Of a stretch of 64,000 nt of DNA, positions 55,553 through 62,744 are shown piece after piece. A model generated the notes under the pieces. That model searched no databases and had not been told where the DNA came from. It worked only from the letters and a program-made list of their open reading frames with translations. The first letter of the stretch is position 1. The number at the start of each line of letters is the position of its first letter. The position numbers and the translations under genes were made by a program. The stretch comes from Desulfotignum sp. (GTDB lineage: Bacteria > Desulfobacterota > Desulfobacteria > Desulfobacterales > Desulfobacteraceae), in the NCBI GenBank assembly GCA_040883135.1, contig JBFLKI010000154.1, positions 2,601 to 66,600 on the forward strand. Direction: 5' to 3'.

Positions 55553-56449
55553 TCAGGACATTCCCAGACTCAGCTTGGCGGACCTGAGCGTATTTTTCAT
55601 GAGCATGGCAATGGTCATGGGGCCGACGCCGCCCGGAACCGGGGTGATCTTTCCCGCGATCTCCTTGGCCGCATCAAAATCCACGTCCCCTTTGAGAATG
55701 GCCTTGCCGGTTTTTTCATTCATGCCCACCCGGTTGACCCCCACATCGATGACCGTGGAGCCGGGTTTGATCCATTCCGGTTTCACCAGATCCGGTACAC
55801 CGGCCGCCACAATCAGGATATCGGCCCGTTTGCAGTGGGCTGCCAGATCTTTGGTCCGGGTGTGAACGATGGTCACGGTGGCGTTGGCACCCACCCCCTT
55901 CTGGGCCATCATCATGGCAATGGGTTTTCCCACGATATTGGAACGGCCCACCACCACCACTTCAGCGCCGGAGGTTTCCGTGCCGGACCGCACGATCATC
56001 TCCTGAATACCGGCCGGGGTGCAGGGCAGAAATTTGACTTCATCCCCGCCGATCATGAGCCGACCCACGTTCACCGGATGGAACGCATCCACATCCTTGT
56101 CCGGATTGATGGCGTTGAGCACTTTCTTGTCATCGATGTGCTTGGGCAAGGGCAGCTGCACCAGAATCCCGTGGATATCGGGGTCATTGTTGTATTTGTC
56201 GATCAGCGCGAGCAGGTCTTTTTCGGAAATATCATCGGGTTGATCATCCTGAATTTCGTGGAATCCACAGCTGATGGCGGTTTTGACTTTCAGGGTCACA
56301 TAGCTCACCGATGCCGGCGACGATCCCACCAGAATGGTGACAAGTCCCGGAACTTTGCCGTGTTTCTCTTTCATCTGGTCCACTTCTTCCTTGATCTCGG
56401 CAAGAATCGTTTTCCTGATCTCGGTTCCACTGATAATTTCTGCAGTCAT
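55553..56449 (-). CDS. folD: Bifunctional 5,10-methylene-THF dehydrogenase / 5,10-methenyl-THF cyclohydrolase
   Basis: From ATG 56449, with AGGAGA upstream. PGLVTILVGSSPASVSYV...GILVQLPLP...VVVGRSNIVGKP...PVPGGVGPMT. Confidence 0.95.
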   Translation of the reverse strand: MTAEIISGTEIRKTILAEIKEEVDQMKEKHGKVPGLVTILVGSSPASVSYVTLKVKTAISCGFHEIQDDQPDDISEKDLLALIDKYNNDPDIHGILVQLPLPKHIDDKKVLNAINPDKDVDAFHPVNVGRLMIGGDEVKFLPCTPAGIQEMIVRSGTETSGAEVVVVGRSNIVGKPIAMMMAQKGVGANATVTIVHTRTKDLAAHCKRADILIVAAGVPDLVKPEWIKPGSTVIDVGVNRVGMNEKTGKAILKGDVDFDAAKEIAGKITPVPGGVGPMTIAMLMKNTLRSAKLSLGMS

Positions 56450-56481
56450 ATTTTTTTCTCCTGGAATTTGTTTGAGTTTGC

Positions 56482-56527
56482 CTGCAACCGGATCACCATG
56501 CACAGGCGCGCAGCTCACCGGTTGCAG
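56482..56527 (-). other. 10-bp stem hairpin in the fhs-folD spacer
   Basis: CTGCAACCGG (56482-56491) pairs with CCGGTTGCAG (56518-56527) across a 26-nt loop. Confidence 0.45.
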
Positions 56528-56551
56528 AATTCAGACTGAACTTAAAAGGAT

Positions 56552-58327
56552 TTAGAATACACCCTCGACTTTTCCGGTTTCCACATCCACATCCACCCGT
56601 TTGAACGCGGGGTTGGATCCGGTTCCCGGCATCAGACTGATGGCACCGGCCACGGGTACGATAAATCCGGCACCGCCATAGGTCAGGACCTCACGGATGG
56701 TCAGGCGCCATCCCTTGGGCACGCCTTTGAGGGCCGGATTGTCAGACAGGGACAGATGGGTTTTCACCATGCACATACCCAGTCCGGCCAGCTCAGGATC
56801 CGCCTGGATTCTGGCAAGGGATCTTTCCGCATCAGCCGAATAATCCACGCCGTCCGCGCCGTACACTTCCTTGGCAATGAGTTCGATGCGCTGTTTGATG
56901 GGCATGTCCAGCTCATACAGGAATTTGAATTCGGTTTTTTCTTCACATGCCTCGATGACGGCTTCAGCAAATTCAATGGCACCCTCGCCCCCTTTTTCCC
57001 AGTGACGGGACAAGGCCACTCTGGCACCTTCGGCTTCACACAGTTCCCGGACCTTGGCGATTTCCGGATCCGTGTCGGTGTAAAATGCATTGATGCAGAC
57101 CACCGGGGAGATACCGGCTTTTCTGACGTTTCTGATGTGATGGATCAGGTTGTCACACCCTTTGGCCACCCATTCCACGTTTTCGGTGGAATATTCTACA
57201 GGCATGGGTTTGCCCGGTACCGGCACGGGGGCGCCGCCATGGCATTTCAGAGCCCGGATGGTGGCCACGACCACGGCGCAGTCCGGTTTGAGCCCTGAAT
57301 ACCGGCATTTGAGGTTCCAGAATTTCTCAAACCCGATGTCCGCACCGAATCCGGATTCGGTCACATGGTAATCCGCCAGTTTCAACCCGACCTTGTCGGC
57401 AATGATGGAGCTCTGGCCGATGGCGATATTGGCGAACGGTCCGGCATGAACGATGACCGGCTGGCCTTCCAGGGTCTGCATGAGAGACGGATTGAGGGCA
57501 TCCACCATCCAGGCGGTCATGGCGCCGGCCACCTGCAGGTCTTCGGTGGTCACGGGTTTGCCTTTTTTGTCATACGCCACAACGATTTTACCCATTCTTT
57601 CCCGCATGTCCTTGAGATCCGTGGCCAGGGACAGAATGGCCATGACTTCAGAAGATACGGCAATGCCGAACTTGGATTTCATCATGAACCCGTCAGCCTT
57701 GCCGTTGACGCCGTCGATGCCGATGATAATGTTTCTCAGGGCCTGGCAGCAGAAGTCGATGACCCAGCCCATCTCCACGTTGGTGGGATCGATGTCCAGG
57801 CGCTTCATGCCGGACAGTCTTTCCAGCTGCTCGTCGGTGTAGTTTCTTTCATGCTGCATCCGGGAGGTCAGGGCCACCATGGCCAGGTTGTGGGCATTCA
57901 TGATGGCATTGATGTCACCGGTGAACCCTAAAGAAAACGGGGTCAAAGGAATGCACTGGGCCAGCCCGCCACCGGCGGCCGATCCCTTGATGTTCATGGT
58001 AGGTCCGCCGGATGGCTGACGGATGGCGGCACATACGTTTTTACCCAGTTTTCCAAGACCCTGGACCAACCCCATGGAAGAGGTGGATTTTCCCTCTCCC
58101 AGGGGGGTGGGGGAAATGGCTGTGACGTCGATATATTTGCCGTTGGGTTTGTCTTTCAGGCGCGCCATCACTTTTTTGAAATCGATTTTGCCGATGTAGT
58201 GGCCCTGGGGCAACAGTTCTTCTTCAGTCAATCCCAGTTTTTCAGCGATTTCATAAATTTTCAGCATGGATTTTTCAGCATCCTGTGCAATTTCCCAGTC
58301 CTGGTGTTTGGTTGGATCTAATGCCAT
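56552..58327 (-). CDS. fhs: Formate--tetrahydrofolate ligase
   Basis: 591 aa: [23 protein letters not shown]..., with end-to-end FTHFS similarity. RBS AAAGGAG. Confidence 0.97.
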   Translation of the reverse strand: MALDPTKHQDWEIAQDAEKSMLKIYEIAEKLGLTEEELLPQGHYIGKIDFKKVMARLKDKPNGKYIDVTAISPTPLGEGKSTSSMGLVQGLGKLGKNVCAAIRQPSGGPTMNIKGSAAGGGLAQCIPLTPFSLGFTGDINAIMNAHNLAMVALTSRMQHERNYTDEQLERLSGMKRLDIDPTNVEMGWVIDFCCQALRNIIIGIDGVNGKADGFMMKSKFGIAVSSEVMAILSLATDLKDMRERMGKIVVAYDKKGKPVTTEDLQVAGAMTAWMVDALNPSLMQTLEGQPVIVHAGPFANIAIGQSSIIADKVGLKLADYHVTESGFGADIGFEKFWNLKCRYSGLKPDCAVVVATIRALKCHGGAPVPVPGKPMPVEYSTENVEWVAKGCDNLIHHIRNVRKAGISPVVCINAFYTDTDPEIAKVRELCEAEGARVALSRHWEKGGEGAIEFAEAVIEACEEKTEFKFLYELDMPIKQRIELIAKEVYGADGVDYSADAERSLARIQADPELAGLGMCMVKTHLSLSDNPALKGVPKGWRLTIREVLTYGGAGFIVPVAGAISLMPGTGSNPAFKRVDVDVETGKVEGVF

Positions 58328-58778
58328 GGTTCACTCCTTTGTTGAATTTGGACTCTGATCGAGCCGATGATAAAATAATGATATAAAAACAAAGCGTTAT
58401 GCTTTTTGTCCTCTTCACCTGACGATTCTGTATGTCTGTCAATGTAACTAACTATATAAATCAACATAAAAAATCAACAGGTTTTCGCGATATACCGCCC
58501 TTTTTCAAAATGCCTGGGACAAAAATCATATGTTTTTTTTAAAAAAAATCAATATTTTTATAATAAATCATTGTTTTTCATTAAAAATATTTGATTGAAT
58601 GATGAAATACCTGTTTTTGTAAGACAATCAAGACAGTTCTTCATCGGTTTCCTACAATTGCTATTTAATAATTAAATCCGATTCAATCTTATTTGGTCAA
58701 ATATGCTCTTCTCTCAACCATTTGAAATAAAATAAGATTTATTCCATAAGGACCCTGTTCAATAAATTCACTCATCTA

Positions 58779-58806
58779 TTGACAAAAAAGGGTACAAATT
58801 ATAAAT
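58779..58806 (+). promoter_or_regulatory. Candidate sigma70 promoter for the acsD-CODH-acsB operon
   Basis: TTGACA (58779-58784) followed at 15-17 nt by the overlapping -10 candidates TATAAA / ATAAAT / TAAATC (58800-58807). This would give a ~180-nt leader. Confidence 0.4.
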
Positions 58807-58995
58807 CATATGCTGTTATCAATATTTCAAACCTTGCAACATGGGGTCTGGTGAATGAAGAGACAATGCATAAACGTCAGTCGATCAAAAGAAATTGTCA
58901 CTGACGTTCACCTGTTTCCATTCCATATATTGTCACACCGTTTCAAGCTTAATTCCTTCCAACTCATAACCATCTTTAAATTTTAGGAGGTACAC

Positions 58996-60549
58996 GTGGG
59001 ATTCGAAATAACCAAAGAAACCTATGCCGGCGCCATTAAAAGCATCACCATTGGAAAAGGTGACGGTTCAGTGACTGTCGGCGGCCAGAGCAGCTATCCG
59101 TTTTACCGGTTCGAGGGGGAGATGCCCAACAAGCCCATCATTGCCATGGAAATCTGGGACATGGAACCCGAAGACTGGCCGGAAGCCGCCAAAGCACCTT
59201 TCAAGGAGGTCCTGGGTGATCCCGTGGCCTGGGCCAAAAAATGTGTGAATGAATACAATGCCCAGGCCATTGTGCTTCAGCTCAAAAGCACGGATCCCAA
59301 CGACAAGGATGCCAGTGCGGATGATGCAGCGCAGACTGTCAAAAAAGTCAGCGAAGCCATTGATGTCCCTTTGATTGTCTGGGGCTGTGCCGTACCAGCC
59401 AAGGATTCGGATGTCCTCAAAAAAATCAGCGAGGTGTGTGATGGTCACAACCTGGTTCTGGGCCCTGTGGAGGAAAAAAACCACAAGGCGATCGGAGCCG
59501 CGGCCATGGGGTACGGACACACCATCATCTCCTCTTCTCCCATTGACGTCAACCTGGCCAAACAGGTGAACATTCTGCTGGAAAACCTGGGCGTGTCCCT
59601 GGACAAGGTCATTGTGGATCCCACCACCGGCGGTCTGGGATACGGCCTTGAATACTCCTACTCCGTCATGGAGCGCCTGACCCAGGCCGCCATGACCCAG
59701 GGGGATGACAAACTTCAGAACCCCATGATCAACAATCTGGGCAACGAAGTCTGGAAATGCAAGGAAGCCAAGCAGCCGGTGGAGGAAGCCCCCGAACTGG
59801 GTGATCCGGAACGCCGGGCCATTCTCATGGAAGCGGTGGGCGCGGTATCCTATCTCATGTCCGGTTCCAGCATTCTGATCATGCGGCACCCGGAATCCAT
59901 CAGACTGGTCAAAGCGTTCATCGATCTGGTATATGCAGGTGGATCTGCCATGGAGATCGGTCCCGTCACCAAGCAGCTGGATGATGTGGAAATCGATTTT
60001 GCAGCCATGTCGCCTGAACCGGATCTGACAATTGCCGAAGAAGAAAAGAAAGCCCCGGCCAAAAAAGCCGCCCCTGAGAAAAAGGAAGCACCCAAACCGG
60101 CGGCCGCGGCTCCCAAGGCGGAGACCAAACCGGCCCCTGCGACGGAGGCCAAACCGGCCTCGGCAGCGGATGCCAAACCTGAACCGGCGGCTGCAGATCC
60201 GGAAGCCGATGCCAAGGCCAAAGCGGAAGCGGAAGCCAAGGCCAAAGCCGATGCTGAAGCCAAAGCCAAGGCAGACGCCGAAGCCAAGGCCAAAGCGGAA
60301 GCGGAAGCCAAAGCAAAGGCCGAAGCCGAAGAAAAAGCCAAAATTGAAGCCGATAAAAAAGCCTTGAAAGACGCCGCTTCCAAACGGGAAGCGGACGAGC
60401 AGGCATTGAGAGACAAACGGGCTGCTGAAATGGCCAAACACAAAAAAGAAGCCGCACCGAAAGAAGCGGTACCCATGACCGCTGCCAAGGAACAGAAAAA
60501 TATGCTTGACAGCATTGTTGAAAACCTGAACTGGATTCACCGCCGGTAA
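58996..60549 (+). CDS. acsD: Corrinoid iron-sulfur protein small subunit (AcsD / CdhD-type) with a ~180-aa low-complexity C-terminal extension
   Basis: GTG start after AGGAGG. The core (aa 1 to ~335) resembles AcsD/CdhD (ITIGKGDGSVTVGGQSSYPFYRFEG...IVDPTTGGLGYGLEYSYSVMERL). The tail is Pro/Ala/Lys-rich, then (AKAKAEAE)n, then a charged helix, and ends NMLDSIVENLNWIHRR. Confidence 0.85.
   Translation: MGFEITKETYAGAIKSITIGKGDGSVTVGGQSSYPFYRFEGEMPNKPIIAMEIWDMEPEDWPEAAKAPFKEVLGDPVAWAKKCVNEYNAQAIVLQLKSTDPNDKDASADDAAQTVKKVSEAIDVPLIVWGCAVPAKDSDVLKKISEVCDGHNLVLGPVEEKNHKAIGAAAMGYGHTIISSSPIDVNLAKQVNILLENLGVSLDKVIVDPTTGGLGYGLEYSYSVMERLTQAAMTQGDDKLQNPMINNLGNEVWKCKEAKQPVEEAPELGDPERRAILMEAVGAVSYLMSGSSILIMRHPESIRLVKAFIDLVYAGGSAMEIGPVTKQLDDVEIDFAAMSPEPDLTIAEEEKKAPAKKAAPEKKEAPKPAAAAPKAETKPAPATEAKPASAADAKPEPAAADPEADAKAKAEAEAKAKADAEAKAKADAEAKAKAEAEAKAKAEAEEKAKIEADKKALKDAASKREADEQALRDKRAAEMAKHKKEAAPKEAVPMTAAKEQKNMLDSIVENLNWIHRR
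60211..60354 (+). repeat. In-frame 24-bp tandem repeat array (5 good units plus 1 degenerate) inside acsD
   Basis: Units start at 60211, 60235, 60259, 60283, 60307 and 60331. Units 1 and 4 are identical (GCCAAGGCCAAAGCGGAAGCGGAA). Each encodes AKAKA(E/D)AE. Confidence 0.9.
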
Positions 60550-60655
60550 ATTCATCCGTAATTACGGTGTTTTTCCGGCCTTACTTAAAATAGGGATTCG
60601 GAACACCTTAAATATAATTTGACAGACCATACTATAACTAGAGGAGGAACCTCTG

Positions 60656-62683
60656 ATGGCAGAAGTAACGAAAGCGAAAGCAGCCAAAGAACCAAAACTG
60701 GCTGATCCCATTGAAGCATCATATGAAGTATCCACCCAGGAAATGATCGAGCGCTCTCACAAATTGGGGGTTGAGACCATTTTTGACCGGGCTGTGGCCA
60801 TGAAGCCCTGCAACATCGGTATCCAGGGCATCTGCTGTAAAAACTGCGCCATGGGTCCCTGCCGGCTGCCGTTGCCCAAGGGCGGCATCGAAGGTGAAGA
60901 CACCCGAAAAGGACTGTGCGGCGCCACACCCAACACCATTGCGGCCAGAAACTTTGCCAGAATGGTGGCGGCCGGCGCAGCAGCCCACTCCGACCATGGC
61001 CGTTGCGTGGCAGAAGTGTTCATGTCTGCCGCCAAAAAAGAAACCGAGGCATATAAGATCAAGGATACCCAGAAACTGCTGGCCATTGCACCCCATCTGG
61101 GCGTCGCGGTCACGGTTGAGGAAGACGGAGAAACCAAAGACAGAGATATCGATGAAATCGCCCTGGAAGTGGCCGAAGTGGCCCTCAATGAATGGGGCAA
61201 GGCGGACGGCGAGCTGCTGTATCTCAAACGTGCACCCCAGCCGCTTCAGGACAAATGGGAAAAGCAGGGGGTTAAACCCAGAAACATTGACAGAGAGATC
61301 GTTGAAATCATGCACCGCACCCACATGGGCGTGGACCAGGACTATAAAAACCTGATCAAGCAGTGCACCCGGTGTTCTCTGGCAGACGGATGGGGCGGCT
61401 CCATGCTGGCCACCGATCTGCAGGACGTGCTGTTCGGCACCCCCACCCCGCTGCAGTCTGAAGCCAACCTGGGCATCATGAAAGAAGACCATGTCAACAT
61501 CATTGTCCACGGTCATGAACCGGTCCTGTCAGAGATGATCGTGGCCGTGTCCCAGTCCGAGGAGATGGTCAATTACGCCAAGGAAAAGGGCGCCGCCGGC
61601 ATTCAGCTGGGCGGTATCTGCTGTACGGCCAACGAAATCCTCCAGAGACACGGCGTTCCACCGGCAGGCAACTTCCTCCAGCAGGAACTGGCCATCATCA
61701 CCGGGGCCTGCGATGCCATGGTGGTGGACATCCAGTGCGTGATGCAGAATCTGGCCAATGTGGCAAAATGCTTCCATACCAAGCTCATCACCACCCACCC
61801 CATTGCCAGGATGGAGCAGGACAATGTCGTTCATATCGAATTCAATGAACACTATGCACTGGAAGATGCCAAACGCATCGTGAAGATGGCCATCGACAAC
61901 TTCAAGAATCGGGGATCCGATATCATGATTCCCCGGCACAAAGCCACCCAGATCGCAGGTTTCGGCGTGGAATCCATCCAGTATCATCTGGGGGGCACTT
62001 TCCGGGGCACCTACTACACCCTCAATGACAACATCATCAACGGCCGTATCCGTGGTGTGGCTGGCGTGGTGGGGTGCAACAACGCCCGGTCCCGTCACAA
62101 TGAAATGCATGTCAAGGTATTGAAAGAGCTGATCAAAAACGATGTTCTGGTCCTTACAACAGGCTGCGACGGCATCACCGCCGCCATCCACGGCCTGCTC
62201 ACCCCGGAAGCGGCACAGGTCTATTGCGGTCCGGGTCTGGCTGAAATCTGTGAAACCGTGGGCATTCCACCGGTTCTGCATCTGGGTTCCTGCGTGGACA
62301 ACTCCAGAATCCTGCTGGCAGCCACCGAGGTGGTCAAGGCAGGCGGTCTGGGCAATGATCTGTCTGATCTGCCAGTTGCGGGATCCGCGCCTGAATGGAT
62401 GAGTGAAAAAGCCATTTCCATTGGCCAGTATTTTGTCACCTCCGGTGTTTACACCGTATTTGGGGGCACTCTGCCCACGTCCGGTGCGCCGGTTTTCCAT
62501 GATTACATTTCCAAGGAACTGGAAAAAATCTATGGCGGCAAATGGGATGTGGAAGCTGATCCCATCAAACATGCCCATCTGATGATCGCCCATATCGACA
62601 AAAAGAGAAAAGCTTTAGGTATCGACAAGGCGAGAGAACGGGTGCTCATGGATATGGCGGATCGTCAAAAACTGGAAGCTTAA
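60656..62683 (+). CDS. acsA: Anaerobic carbon monoxide dehydrogenase catalytic subunit (AcsA/CooS type)
   Basis: 675 aa. N-terminal Cys clusters (CNIGIQGICCKNCAMGPCRL; GLCGA) and C-cluster ligand regions (HGHEP..., GICCTANE, GSCVDNSR). Confidence 0.95.
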   Translation: MAEVTKAKAAKEPKLADPIEASYEVSTQEMIERSHKLGVETIFDRAVAMKPCNIGIQGICCKNCAMGPCRLPLPKGGIEGEDTRKGLCGATPNTIAARNFARMVAAGAAAHSDHGRCVAEVFMSAAKKETEAYKIKDTQKLLAIAPHLGVAVTVEEDGETKDRDIDEIALEVAEVALNEWGKADGELLYLKRAPQPLQDKWEKQGVKPRNIDREIVEIMHRTHMGVDQDYKNLIKQCTRCSLADGWGGSMLATDLQDVLFGTPTPLQSEANLGIMKEDHVNIIVHGHEPVLSEMIVAVSQSEEMVNYAKEKGAAGIQLGGICCTANEILQRHGVPPAGNFLQQELAIITGACDAMVVDIQCVMQNLANVAKCFHTKLITTHPIARMEQDNVVHIEFNEHYALEDAKRIVKMAIDNFKNRGSDIMIPRHKATQIAGFGVESIQYHLGGTFRGTYYTLNDNIINGRIRGVAGVVGCNNARSRHNEMHVKVLKELIKNDVLVLTTGCDGITAAIHGLLTPEAAQVYCGPGLAEICETVGIPPVLHLGSCVDNSRILLAATEVVKAGGLGNDLSDLPVAGSAPEWMSEKAISIGQYFVTSGVYTVFGGTLPTSGAPVFHDYISKELEKIYGGKWDVEADPIKHAHLMIAHIDKKRKALGIDKARERVLMDMADRQKLEA

Positions 62684-62744
62684 TTGATACGGCCAAATGA
62701 ACCTGTAATTACAATAAATCCTCAACGAAGGAGGAAGAAGGAAT

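Noticed and set aside
58435-58545. A short ORF in the fhs-acsD spacer (MSVNVTNYINQHKKSTGFRDIPPFFKMPGTKIICFF).
   Set aside because: It has no SD, an AT-rich non-coding-like composition and no recognisable motif.
58543-58558. A T8A8 tract and other AT palindromes, including ATTTTATT-GAA-AATAAAAT at 24283-24301. I considered them as protein-binding palindromes or terminators.
   Set aside because: AT-only symmetric runs arise easily by chance in AT-rich spacers. They lack GC stems and flanking conservation evidence. They are noted only as part of the larger intergenic observations.
60032-60367. A plus-strand 111-aa Lys/Arg/Pro-rich ORF and the minus-strand Ala/Ser-rich ORF 59850-60515 inside the acsD tail.
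   Set aside because: These are alternative-frame readings of the GC-rich 24-bp repeat and the Pro/Ala/Lys linker. Neither has an RBS, and their frames are kept open by the repeat itself.
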